From Planctomycetota bacterium (GTDB lineage: Bacteria > Planctomycetota > Uabimicrobiia > Uabimicrobiales > JABWCH01), in NCBI GenBank assembly GCA_020057085.1, contig JAGVGO010000204.1, positions 1-55,156 on the forward strand: a stretch of DNA of 55,156 bases, in the 5' to 3' direction. Both the position numbers and the translations under genes were made by a program. Every line of letters begins with the position of its first letter. Within the stretch, counting starts at the first letter, position 1. Of the stretch, positions 33,402-43,093 are shown one piece after another. Below the pieces are notes generated by a model that had not been told where the DNA came from, did not search any database, and saw only the letters and a list, made by a program, of their open reading frames with translations.

Positions 33402-35159
33402 CTACGAATCTTTGGCGATTAGTTTGCTCAGGATGACATTGCGAACAAGAGAAGAGGCACTCAGAATAGCATACGGATTCAATTTATCCAAACTGTCGTC
33501 CTTAGAATGATAGTGGGCGTATTCGTATTGGATAAGTAAGGTAGACGGTACGTCGAGCAAATTGTAGATGGAGTGATCGTCGCCAATTTGCAGGGGAGCG
33601 CCTAGCTCGGCTCCCATTTCTTTTGCTATAGCAAGCACCTGCTCTGTCAATTTCTCGTCGGTAGTATTATACACCCGTGTATATAGAAAGGATATACCTA
33701 TCATGTCAAGGCAAAGCACAAATTTTAAATTTTTCACTTCATTTCGGTGATTGAATCCATAATGTTTGCTCCCCAAAAAATATTCTTCCCTTGTCCCTGG
33801 CTCTCCTGCTGTTTCGCCGTCATAGAAATGAAACGACAGGCCGATGCGATTACTGACACACCAATCCATAAATAATTCATCACGAATAAGATGCAGTAAT
33901 GCTAAGACACCGGAAAGGCCGTTGTTCGCACCGGGGTCGGCGATATTGCCGGAGAAACTGTCGTAATGGGTACAAAGTAAGATAAGAGTATCGAACTTAT
34001 ATTGAGGTTCTATGTAAAAATTTTCTAATATCACGTTGCCATGAAAAGAGTGAGAGCAACTAAAGCTATCCTTTTTTAGCTTAAAGGAATTGGGGAGGCC
34101 TTTTTCCAATATTGTTTGCAATACTTCGCGTGCTTTTAGGTTACCTATATTCCTTGGGCCTACAGAAGCCATCGCCCTTATCATGTCTTGCATGTTTGCT
34201 GAGTAGTCCACAATCTCTTTGTCCGAACCTATTGTTGAGGAGTTGAATTTTTTAGCCGTAAGCGTTTTAATATCAATCGGAAGATTAGCAAAAATAGAAG
34301 AATAATGAGATGGAGCCGTTTGCAGCGTTGTCTCGTAACCTTGCAGCAAAAGAGCCTTGTTGCATTCATTGAAAGGAAGGCTGGTTAAGCCGAAGCCAAT
34401 CTCTACTATTTGCGAGAGTGAATACTCCCTTTCGTCAAAAGGGCCTATGCCGTCGAGCTGAGAAAAACTTCTAAAGCTAAATGGAGGCTCCTGGAGATAC
34501 CCGCAGTAAGTCGGCCAGAATCTGTCGTTGACAGGCACTATCTCTTTTAACCTGGTCAAGTAATTTAAGTCTCCCTGTCTCAATGCTAAAATAGCCTGTG
34601 CTGCTACATAGGTAGGGAAAAAAACACTGGTTTTATGGATAGAAATATTCTTTAACAGGGAAATAGCTTCCTTTATGCTCTTGGCTTCACACAAGGTGGT
34701 AAGCTTTTTATAAGATTCCTGATTTTCTGGTGTATTGGCAACAGGCTCGTGGGTTCCGATATCTATTTTATTCCTGTATGTTGCGAAAATTTTGTCTTGT
34801 GAAATATAACCGGGTATGGAGTAAGCGATCTTGACTAAAGATGTCCGATCTCCCACAACGTTTTGTGAAGCTGTCGGTAAAAAGGGAGGCATTTGGAATT
34901 TAAGTCTAAAACCGAGCGGCTCAACGACGACCTCTTTGAGCAGGCGCCAGCCTGTCAAAGGGATTTTGTCACAGCGATTTATGTGCATGTATTCTACGGT
35001 GAGCAAAATTTTGCTGTTTTTCGGGATAGCAATATTACCTGTCACCACAACATAGCCGCTCTCGTTCCTTTTCTCGCCGTTAACGACATGAAAAAAAACG
35101 AATACGGCCAGACAAGAGGCTAAAATTACGCTGGTGAGTATTAAAATTTTCTTTATCAT
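33402..35159 (-). CDS. Secreted M28-family peptidase-like protein with substituted metal ligands
   Basis: 585 aa with an N-terminal signal-anchor. C-terminal M28 motifs THYDS, PGANNGLSG, YDGETAG, LCLDMIG, DDHS and YHSKDD. Confidence 0.7.
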   Translation of the reverse strand: MIKKILILTSVILASCLAVFVFFHVVNGEKRNESGYVVVTGNIAIPKNSKILLTVEYMHINRCDKIPLTGWRLLKEVVVEPLGFRLKFQMPPFLPTASQNVVGDRTSLVKIAYSIPGYISQDKIFATYRNKIDIGTHEPVANTPENQESYKKLTTLCEAKSIKEAISLLKNISIHKTSVFFPTYVAAQAILALRQGDLNYLTRLKEIVPVNDRFWPTYCGYLQEPPFSFRSFSQLDGIGPFDEREYSLSQIVEIGFGLTSLPFNECNKALLLQGYETTLQTAPSHYSSIFANLPIDIKTLTAKKFNSSTIGSDKEIVDYSANMQDMIRAMASVGPRNIGNLKAREVLQTILEKGLPNSFKLKKDSFSCSHSFHGNVILENFYIEPQYKFDTLILLCTHYDSFSGNIADPGANNGLSGVLALLHLIRDELFMDWCVSNRIGLSFHFYDGETAGEPGTREEYFLGSKHYGFNHRNEVKNLKFVLCLDMIGISFLYTRVYNTTDEKLTEQVLAIAKEMGAELGAPLQIGDDHSIYNLLDVPSTLLIQYEYAHYHSKDDSLDKLNPYAILSASSLVRNVILSKLIAKDS

Positions 35160-35181
35160 AACTTTTCAGAAGCCAGCTTCT

Positions 35182-36207
35182 TTACTTCTTCTCGCTTACC
35201 ACTTCTGCCGAATAAGTAAGAGCGTAAATCCCAAATTGAGGAACCCAATGCCCATATGAGTTGTAATCATTCTGATAACTCTCATGTTCTTGCATACCCA
35301 TCATCACATTGGTCAGGTATGCCTTGCGGTAGGTCAGATCGTTCGTTCTTCGGTAGAGCGACCATAAGCCCCAGGCACGCGAAAAATTCATGCCTAAGTG
35401 GTGGAAATTTTTAAATGATTCGATGGGTAATAACGATGTCGTATCTGGCTGGTATTTACTGAGTATCTGCTTGAACAGATCGGCGTCGGCCGTGACCTCG
35501 CAAAGATGCATATAGTTGCCAAAGCGGGAGAAAAATTCCGGGTATTTTTTGCTATCGTGGGCAAAGGACATTTTACGCTCGGTAACGTGAAAGATTGTTT
35601 TTGCTTGGGAAGCGACAAACTCCGCTATTTCCGTGTTTTTGCTAAACTCGGCATAATCGTGTAAATGCCGAAAAGCCCACTCTGCATTGGCATATTCTCC
35701 TATGTAAACGAAAGGAGGAGATAATTTGTAATAGCCCATTAACGATGTGGCAATTTCGTCTGCCATCGGCCTCAGGCTGGTAATCTCGGTTACCGCTTCA
35801 TACTCCATCTCCAGCCTAAGAAACCAGGCACGGCCATAAGGCATCTCAAAATTTGCGCGTTTACTCAAAAATGTTTTTTCCTGAGCCACGCCTGAGGCAG
35901 CGAAAGAATTTTTCACAAATTCAATGTACTGCTTCTTTTTGCCAGGAGTTACATATTTGGATGCTCTCAGCAAAGCCCAATATCCATGAACGGATGAATG
36001 CCAGTCAAGACAGCCGTGAAATATAGGATAACCGGTATCTGTCCTGTTCACTGCCGCAACGACTGATTTACTCAACTTCTCTATATAAAGAGTTCGTTTC
36101 GCCAAAAACTCCGACCAATCATTGTCCTCAGCCACATTGTGTTGCGCCGTAAGCATACCACACAAACACAGTAATGCCGATAAAAGTAGCAGCCATCGCT
36201 TTCTCAT
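35182..36207 (-). CDS. Secreted DUF2891-like protein
   Basis: ATG 36207 with AGGAG upstream. Signal peptide MRKRWLLLLSALLCLCGMLTAQ. The motif HGCLDWHSSVHGYWALLR is one I recall as typical of DUF2891. Confidence 0.6.
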   Translation of the reverse strand: MRKRWLLLLSALLCLCGMLTAQHNVAEDNDWSEFLAKRTLYIEKLSKSVVAAVNRTDTGYPIFHGCLDWHSSVHGYWALLRASKYVTPGKKKQYIEFVKNSFAASGVAQEKTFLSKRANFEMPYGRAWFLRLEMEYEAVTEITSLRPMADEIATSLMGYYKLSPPFVYIGEYANAEWAFRHLHDYAEFSKNTEIAEFVASQAKTIFHVTERKMSFAHDSKKYPEFFSRFGNYMHLCEVTADADLFKQILSKYQPDTTSLLPIESFKNFHHLGMNFSRAWGLWSLYRRTNDLTYRKAYLTNVMMGMQEHESYQNDYNSYGHWVPQFGIYALTYSAEVVSEKK

Positions 36208-36226
36208 AGTCAATTCTCCTGCCGCC

Positions 36227-37999
36227 TCAGCCTTGCTTGTTCTGCCCATATTTGGTCGTGTATTCATAAGATGCCGTACCGGTCTTGGGAAAACGCTGGT
36301 CAAATTTGATGACAACGAGCGTCAGGTCGTCACGCCATGGCCGTCCCTGACAAAATTTTTGCAATTCATCGTGGCAGTCGCACACAATCTGGTTGGCTGA
36401 CTTGCCGGCGCTCGCTTTCACTACGGCATGCAACCGTTCTGAACCGAATTCTTGACCTGCAGGGTCCATCGCTTCGGTGATGCCATCGGTGGATAGCACA
36501 AGAATCTCACCAGGGCGGATCTGTACTTCACGGCTCTCGTCATAGTCGTACTCTTTGATCATGCCGAGAGGAATACCTGTACTTTCAAGGGCTTCAAATT
36601 CTTGTGACGATCTATGATACAATATCGGGTTATCGTGGCCGGCGTTGGCATAACGCACGGTCATAGTCTTGGTATCCAGTTCGCCGTAAAACATCGTGAT
36701 GAAGCGATCTTCACCCATGTCGTCGGCAAGCAGGCGATTAAGTTCGTTCATCATCACCGGAATAGTTGCCGATTTGCCGGCAAGTGCCTTGACAAAAGCG
36801 CGCGAAGTGGCCATGAGAAGTGCAGCGCCGACGCCGTGGCCGGTGACATCGCCGATGGCAATGGCCCAGCGTCCCTGTCCGAGATCGAGGAAATCGTAGT
36901 AATCGCCGCCGGTTTCGTCGCAGGTAACATTCCAGCCGACCAGATCGTACTCGAAATTTTCCGGCGCGCCCGAAGGCAGCAAGCTGGTCTGTATTTTGCG
37001 AGCAATGTCGAGAGCCTGCTGCATGCGTTCCTTTTCCATGTAATCTTTGAACAGAATGGCACGATGCGCCGCCACACCCGCCTGCTTACCGATTGCCGTA
37101 AGCAAATCGAGATGTGCCTTGTTGAAGCGGTTGCTGAGCGCGACCGAGTCAATGTAGATAGCGCCGAGTACTTCTTTCGACGACTCGAGCGGCACGCTGA
37201 TCACCGACTGGATATTTTGTGCCACGATGCTCATATTGCCGCTGAAACGGTCATCGAGCATGGCATTGGCCGAGAGAACAGATACCCCTTCGTGAATCGT
37301 TTTTTTGAGGATGGTACGCGACAGTTTGGTTTCTCCTCCTTGCAGATCACGTTGCACCAGGACGCGGAAATCTTCTCCTTCCGGCACGACGATAAACGCG
37401 CGGTCAGGCTTGAACACTTCCATAATCTTGTCCATAATCGCCGCAAACAATTTGGCCTGGTCTTGCTCGGCATTGGTGAGATTGCTCACTTCATAGATGG
37501 TGGAGAGATACACCGCTGCCATGTCGCCTTCGCCTTCCTTTTCGTGTCCATCTTGTTTGTGATAGATACGCGAAGAGACGGCAAGCGACTGGTTGACATC
37601 TACCCGTTCCATAATGGTGTTGGGCGATTTTTCGACAAAGTCATCCTTGACAAATGAAGCAGAAGCAGCCGGGGCTTCCGGTTGCAGTTCTTTGAATTTC
37701 AGCTCGGTCTGGCCGATCTTGAGAATATCGCCATCAACGAGTTTGCGGGAAATGATAATTTTGTTGTTGACAAAGGTACCATTGGTACTCCCTAGATCTA
37801 CGAGCAGAAAATGGTCTCCCTTCCATTCTACGAGAGAATGGTTACGCGAAATGCCTTTATCCAGTATCTGGACCTGGCAACTGTTGTCGCGACCGATGAC
37901 TTTCTTGTCGCCTTCTGCCAAGGCAAAAGATGCGCCCATCTGTTTGCCGTTTCTAATCAATAATGTCGCGGTTGCTTTGGGATTTGTATCAGCAGTCAT
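36227..37999 (-). CDS. FHA + GAF + PP2C/SpoIIE-type Ser/Thr phosphatase
   Basis: FHA domain (VIGRDNSCQVQILDKGISRNHSLVEW...LVDLGSTNGTFVN). A central GAF-like region. PPM motifs GGDYYDF, GDVTGHGVGAALLM, YANAGH and LSTDGITEA. Confidence 0.85.
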   Translation of the reverse strand: MTADTNPKATATLLIRNGKQMGASFALAEGDKKVIGRDNSCQVQILDKGISRNHSLVEWKGDHFLLVDLGSTNGTFVNNKIIISRKLVDGDILKIGQTELKFKELQPEAPAASASFVKDDFVEKSPNTIMERVDVNQSLAVSSRIYHKQDGHEKEGEGDMAAVYLSTIYEVSNLTNAEQDQAKLFAAIMDKIMEVFKPDRAFIVVPEGEDFRVLVQRDLQGGETKLSRTILKKTIHEGVSVLSANAMLDDRFSGNMSIVAQNIQSVISVPLESSKEVLGAIYIDSVALSNRFNKAHLDLLTAIGKQAGVAAHRAILFKDYMEKERMQQALDIARKIQTSLLPSGAPENFEYDLVGWNVTCDETGGDYYDFLDLGQGRWAIAIGDVTGHGVGAALLMATSRAFVKALAGKSATIPVMMNELNRLLADDMGEDRFITMFYGELDTKTMTVRYANAGHDNPILYHRSSQEFEALESTGIPLGMIKEYDYDESREVQIRPGEILVLSTDGITEAMDPAGQEFGSERLHAVVKASAGKSANQIVCDCHDELQKFCQGRPWRDDLTLVVIKFDQRFPKTGTASYEYTTKYGQNKQG

Positions 38000-38145
38000 A
38001 AAACCTATGCCATGAAAAAAAACTATGGCGCTGTGCGCCAAAGTAGTTTGCAATAAAAACGAACGCCTTATTTATTATTGGGAAGAGAAAGAAAATAGTA
38101 TCCGTTTTGCAATAGTTTATTGCCGTTGCAATCAGACCACTGTTC

Positions 38146-38173
38146 ATTATACCATTTCTTCGGTTGCTCACAA
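38146..38173 (-). promoter_or_regulatory. Candidate sigma70 promoter for the FHA-GAF-PP2C gene
   Basis: Minus strand: TTGTGA, a 16-nt spacer, then TATAAT with an extended -10 TG (TGGTATAAT). Confidence 0.35.
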
Positions 38174-38189
38174 CATAAAACAGTAAAAA

Positions 38190-39371
38190 CTACGGCAAAC
38201 GATATAGCATAGCAGCCATGTCGTAATAAAATTTGGGCAGCCATTTGCCGGAAAACCAGGCACCCTGGTAATGGCCAATAATCTTGCCGTGGTCTTTCTC
38301 GGCAGTGACTCCCATATAATTCCATACACCGGGTAGTGAGCGGCCGTTATAACGCAGGATGGTAGCATTGCTCGGCCCTGACATGGAGATGGTGTTGACG
38401 ACGCCGTCGTTTTTCCACCAATCGTGAGCAGGCAGTGCATCATTGCCACGGTAATGGCCCATCATATAGGCATGTACCCAGAAGAGTGGGTTCATTGTCG
38501 GGCGTGGGCACTCGCAGCCACTGTCGGAATCGAGGACATAAGTTTCTTCTGTGGCATAGCTGAAATAATAAACATTGGAAAAACTGTGCACTATTTGATT
38601 GAATTCCTGAGATCCTTTTGGCAACAGGTCGTACAAGGAGATGTCTTTGGTATTGCCGATAGTCGCATCCAGACGCTTGAGAAAATCACGCAGCGATTCC
38701 CCAGAGTTGGGATGTAAATTCCATTGATCCATGTCAAAATTGTATACTTCCCAGTCTGTGCCGACCAATGCCAGAAAACTGGCAACAATCTCCTCGGCAC
38801 AGCCGCTGGAAAATTTATTGATGACGGTCGCCAGAGTGGTGCCGTTGTTGGGTGTGGAAATCGTAGTGACAGATTTGAGCCAGAGCGCGTCGCTGCCCAC
38901 GCCGAAAAAGTCGCGCGCTAAGAGCTCACCCAGCATGCGACAGGTTTGCCCGCCCATACTGTGGCCGATCACATGCACCGGCATGTTACGGTTCCACTGC
39001 GGATAAAAACCGGCATAGCTTTTGCCGAAGCGGTTATGCTTGTAGTGGCTGGCATGTCCCTCGCCGTAATCGAGGCGCCCGCCTTTGATTTGGTAAAATA
39101 GTTCGCAGGCACGGTCGTGGTTGGAGGAAATAGGCCCTACCGAAGCGGTGTACACGACAAAACCGCGGTCGCGCAAATATTTCTCGATGTCGAGCGCAGA
39201 GCCGCCCCAGTATTTGTAGCCTTTCACTTCGTCCGGTCCCCAACCGCCAAAACCATGCACGAGAATGATCGGGTAGTGGTTGACAAAATCGCTGCCGTCC
39301 TCGATCTGGGACAGCAGTGGTGAGGCTAAGAATAGACACAACAGCCAGAGGATTTTTATGTATTTGTACAT
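38190..39371 (-). CDS. Secreted lipase (alpha/beta hydrolase, Staphylococcus/Geobacillus-like lipase family)
   Basis: Signal peptide, PIILVHGFGGWG, YWGG and the nucleophile elbow GHSMGGQT. Confidence 0.8.
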   Translation of the reverse strand: MYKYIKILWLLCLFLASPLLSQIEDGSDFVNHYPIILVHGFGGWGPDEVKGYKYWGGSALDIEKYLRDRGFVVYTASVGPISSNHDRACELFYQIKGGRLDYGEGHASHYKHNRFGKSYAGFYPQWNRNMPVHVIGHSMGGQTCRMLGELLARDFFGVGSDALWLKSVTTISTPNNGTTLATVINKFSSGCAEEIVASFLALVGTDWEVYNFDMDQWNLHPNSGESLRDFLKRLDATIGNTKDISLYDLLPKGSQEFNQIVHSFSNVYYFSYATEETYVLDSDSGCECPRPTMNPLFWVHAYMMGHYRGNDALPAHDWWKNDGVVNTISMSGPSNATILRYNGRSLPGVWNYMGVTAEKDHGKIIGHYQGAWFSGKWLPKFYYDMAAMLYRLP

Positions 39372-39411
39372 GTTGATTCCTTATCTGAAACATGCGATGT
39401 ATAAAAAGCCT

Positions 39412-39484
39412 GTAGTCGCAGGCTTTATGCCTGCGCGAATGTACTAGATGCTGCCGCGAACGCGGGCGTAAAGCCCGCGACTAC
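39412..39484. repeat. Pair of 24-nt GC-rich units in inverted orientation (REP/BIME-like)
   Basis: GTAGTCGCAGGCTTTATGCCTGCG (39412-39435) matches the reverse complement of CGCGGGCGTAAAGCCCGCGACTAC (39461-39484) with 3 mismatches. Each unit contains its own hairpin. Confidence 0.7.
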
Positions 39485-39677
39485 ACGGGCTGGTCACGCA
39501 AAGACAAAGTTGCCGTGAAGCGGTTATGCCCTTCGATTATAGCCGAGGAGAATGCGCGATGCAATCATAATCTGCCGCATAGATACATGTTATCTCTTGT
39601 ATCTCGGTCCAATATGTGATATGATAAGATGTGCCCTAAATTTATGCAGCCTCAACAAAGGAGAGAAGTAGCGAATT

Positions 39678-40730
39678 ATGAAACCGATCTACTGTGTGAA
39701 ATGCAACAGTGTGTGCCAGCCTCCCCGCGGACGAACCAACACCGTGGTATGTACTCAGTGTGGCTTCATTTTTGAAGTGATGCGTGGAAGTTTGCACGAA
39801 GAAGAAGCGACGAACAGCGCCGCCGGCAGCCATTTCGATACTCCATTGCCGGCTGGGACGCATGCCGTACAGGCACCAACTGAGCGCAGCAATGTGGACA
39901 TTGCCGGTACAAAGAGTACGCCGCCGGTGAGCCGAGAGAAGCCAGAGAAAGCTTCCGCCAAAACCATGAACGCCATCAAAAGAAAAGAGAATGCGGACGC
40001 AGCAAATGAAAACAGCGACGATGACGAGAGCGAACCGTCCGGCAAAAACACTGCGTCAGTCAGAAAGGACGACGCAGAAGATACGGACAAAAAAGGCCGC
40101 TTTGCTTTGCAAAGGCCGGAAGATATGGTCTACGAAACGTATGCCGCGCCGCTCAAAGACATTGAGGCCGTTTTACAGAAAACCATCGACAGGTCCAAAC
40201 AGTCGTTGCCGGCAATAATTGAAACGCCCAAGCAGTCGTTGCCGCAGATGGTGGGCCGTCTGAAAGAACCCGAAGCCAAGCCGGCACCCAAGGCAGATTT
40301 GGCCAAGCTCAAGACTTCTACTCTCCCTACACCCGTGAAAACTCCTGCGCCCGCTTTGGCTAAACCGCCTTTGCCGAAGCCGCGGACGCAAGAAAATCGC
40401 CCGACACATAGCCGTCGTCGTAACCTGGCCAATACAGTCAAAGATAGCTTTACCAAAATAAGACGCCCGGCCAAGAAGCCGCCATTGCCATCTATGCCGG
40501 CTAAAGTAGTCGCTAAAACCAAACCGCGCAGGATGCTGCGCTTATTGCTCGCCACTGTCTTTCTGGTTATTCTGTACATCTTGAGCATGGCCCCTGTGGT
40601 GTGCTATTTTCCTAAACAACCTGCCTGGCTGACACAATTCTATTACCCGGTGGCAGTTTTAAAGCAATACATCCCGTGGCTGGAAGAATACCAGCAACAG
40701 TGGGCGTCTTTTATAAGAAACCACATTTGA
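39678..40730 (+). CDS. Zinc-ribbon protein with Lys/Pro-rich disordered region and C-terminal TM helix
   Basis: CVKCNSVC-x17-CTQCG at the N-terminus. TM helix LLLATVFLVILYILSMAPVV. AAGGAG lies upstream. Confidence 0.55.
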   Translation: MKPIYCVKCNSVCQPPRGRTNTVVCTQCGFIFEVMRGSLHEEEATNSAAGSHFDTPLPAGTHAVQAPTERSNVDIAGTKSTPPVSREKPEKASAKTMNAIKRKENADAANENSDDDESEPSGKNTASVRKDDAEDTDKKGRFALQRPEDMVYETYAAPLKDIEAVLQKTIDRSKQSLPAIIETPKQSLPQMVGRLKEPEAKPAPKADLAKLKTSTLPTPVKTPAPALAKPPLPKPRTQENRPTHSRRRNLANTVKDSFTKIRRPAKKPPLPSMPAKVVAKTKPRRMLRLLLATVFLVILYILSMAPVVCYFPKQPAWLTQFYYPVAVLKQYIPWLEEYQQQWASFIRNHI

Positions 40731-40884
40731 TTCGTGGCCGTCGCCGTAGTCGTGAGCGTTGCCGTTTGCAATACAAAATGATAACTCACCTATCCCCTGG
40801 CGGGAGAGGTCGCCAGAAGCCGAAGGCGACTGGCGGGTGAGGGGGATGAGTGCCTAACCATAGGCTCCTATTCTCCTAGTCAAA

Positions 40885-43083
40885 TTACTTGGCGATATAT
40901 TTCTTTACTTCCTTTGCAAATTCCTCCTCTGGAATAAACTCTACATGGCCATCCAGGAAAAGCACATTGCGACCCGTCGCGTGGATTCCCTCCTTGGTCC
41001 AGGCAAGATATTGGAGAGTGGTATCCTTAAACGGGCTCGTTATGGGTGCTGTGCGTACTTCATAATCTGTCACTTCTGGACGTTTTTGCTTGAAATCCGC
41101 AGCCGTCCCAGGTTTATGACCAGAGATAGGAGAAATAAAAACCTCCGGCTCTATGAGAATCTTTGTCTCGTAAAGGGTGGTGAAAAAGTCCGGATTTTTG
41201 AGAGGCGGGTACTTTTTCCCTTTGCCAAAGTCCTCCCGATAAAGCATGACAGCCTTCCCGATCCGGCTCAGGTTGACTTTACATTTCATCTGCATTGCCT
41301 TGTCTTGCACGGCGCTAAGCGCAGGCAGCAGGAGAGCTGCCATAATGCCGCTGCCCGCTACAAATCCGGCCGTAGGAGCCATATTCCCTATCGTGAATTG
41401 GGAGGTTATCTTTATGCCGTCAGAGTGGGATCCCCACTGGAATGTGGAAGGTCCAAATAACGGGCGGAGCCCGGATGCTTTGGGAAACCTGGAAACATCG
41501 AAGGGGAGGCCGAACTCGCGGACGGCTCCTTCGAGAAATGAGAAGACAGGGAGCATCGTGTTATAAACATACAAATTCCCGGTGACGCCGTTGTCCCAGA
41601 CAGTGATGCCGGTTTCTCCAGAGATATTGAACGGCAAAGGCACTTTGGCCTCGGCATGAGCTTCTTTATAATCCACATAATCTTTTAGATTTTGCACCAG
41701 ACCTGAGAGAATCAACGTATCTCCCTCAATCAGGAAACAGGAATTCATGCCGAGGTAATAATTCAGACAATATTGTATCAAGGCGGCCGGACTCGGCTCG
41801 TATTGGCGGCTCTGGATGCGCTCCATCAAATTTCCAGGCGGCAATACGAAATAGCAGATAGCTTTGCCCTTATAATCCGTGTTTTTTTTCAATATCAAGC
41901 CGGACTCTTCCAGGCGAGATACAATATTCTGGAACTTGGCTACATCACGGAGCCGGATCAGCCCAAAAGATGTGCCTGCCAGTTCTTGGGGTGCCGGCGT
42001 AAAAAACAAAAAGTCACCGGCAAAGGGGTCGAGGATGTCCGCGGCAATATCCAACCTGGACTGCTCCTGCCAGCTCTTCATGCTTTCTTCAAATTGCCTG
42101 TATTTGGCTGACTCCAGAGCAGAAAAAGAGTCCTTGAAAAAACAGAAAACTTTTTGCGGGTCCAAGGGAATATAAGTGAACTGGCTGAACGCACAAGGGA
42201 CATGAGGCAAAAGTTTTTCAGGACTGCCGCCAGAAAAACTCAGAAGTTGGGTAAGCCCCTTTTTTTCTCCCGGTGCAAGCAAGGCAAAATTGTTCTGCAA
42301 TAATTTGCCACCGGAGAGCGACCACATCAAGCCTTTCCAATTTTTGACACCCAGGACATCCATCGCTTTTATGTCATTGGGAGTGGATGTTTTCTGCACT
42401 GCCAGCTCGATGTTCCAATAAGCGGATAGCAAGATGTTTTTGGCAACGCCGTTCATCTCTCGCAACTTTTTAAAATTGGCATTTTCCACTAAAGACTTTT
42501 GCATGGAAAGGATATCGGAAACCGATGCTTTGCGCGTGGCCAGCAAATAGCACCCTTTCCATGTCCATGCGAAAAGCGTACTTTTTCCCTTTACCTGAAA
42601 CTCTTCCATGTCAATCGGCTTTTGCCCTTTGATGGGGACGGAAGAACGTTTGCTCGTCATGCCCAAAAATTTCGTGAGCCCTGTGCGGATTTTTTCCTGG
42701 ACCTCTTTTCCCTGTCCGAATACGATCATGACATCCGGTTCACCTCTATTCGGTTCTCTGACTCCTACGATACAATCGCTTTGCAAAATTTTGAGATATT
42801 CTTCCGGCTTATAATCACTCTTTTGTATTTCCGCAAGCGGCAGGCGAGCCCAGACAGCTTCGCCCATATCTCCCAACATTTTTTTGGCATCCTGAAATTC
42901 CTGGCTTTTAAAAACTTCCTGCCATTCTGGCTGCTGCTGTTTTTCCCACGAGGAAGCACCGCAGAAATAGAAAGACAGCAAAGTATTTTCAGGAAGTAGC
43001 GACTCCAGAGGCTGGCCGCTTACAAATGGCGATATCACGCCTGCAAATAGCAAGAAACAGAACACAAAACAACATTTTCTCAT
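40885..43083 (-). CDS. Secreted large (DUF3352-like?) domain protein with a C-terminal DUF1559/H-X9-DG pseudopilin-like module
   Basis: ATG 43083 with AGGAG upstream. Signal peptide MRKCCFVFCFLLFAGVISPFVSGQ. C-terminal GFVAGSGIMAALLLPALSAVQDKAMQMKCKVNLSRIGKAVMLY ... HATGRNVLFLDGHVEF (H, 9 residues, DG). Confidence 0.75.
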   Translation of the reverse strand: MRKCCFVFCFLLFAGVISPFVSGQPLESLLPENTLLSFYFCGASSWEKQQQPEWQEVFKSQEFQDAKKMLGDMGEAVWARLPLAEIQKSDYKPEEYLKILQSDCIVGVREPNRGEPDVMIVFGQGKEVQEKIRTGLTKFLGMTSKRSSVPIKGQKPIDMEEFQVKGKSTLFAWTWKGCYLLATRKASVSDILSMQKSLVENANFKKLREMNGVAKNILLSAYWNIELAVQKTSTPNDIKAMDVLGVKNWKGLMWSLSGGKLLQNNFALLAPGEKKGLTQLLSFSGGSPEKLLPHVPCAFSQFTYIPLDPQKVFCFFKDSFSALESAKYRQFEESMKSWQEQSRLDIAADILDPFAGDFLFFTPAPQELAGTSFGLIRLRDVAKFQNIVSRLEESGLILKKNTDYKGKAICYFVLPPGNLMERIQSRQYEPSPAALIQYCLNYYLGMNSCFLIEGDTLILSGLVQNLKDYVDYKEAHAEAKVPLPFNISGETGITVWDNGVTGNLYVYNTMLPVFSFLEGAVREFGLPFDVSRFPKASGLRPLFGPSTFQWGSHSDGIKITSQFTIGNMAPTAGFVAGSGIMAALLLPALSAVQDKAMQMKCKVNLSRIGKAVMLYREDFGKGKKYPPLKNPDFFTTLYETKILIEPEVFISPISGHKPGTAADFKQKRPEVTDYEVRTAPITSPFKDTTLQYLAWTKEGIHATGRNVLFLDGHVEFIPEEEFAKEVKKYIAK

Positions 43084-43093
43084 AACATTTCTC

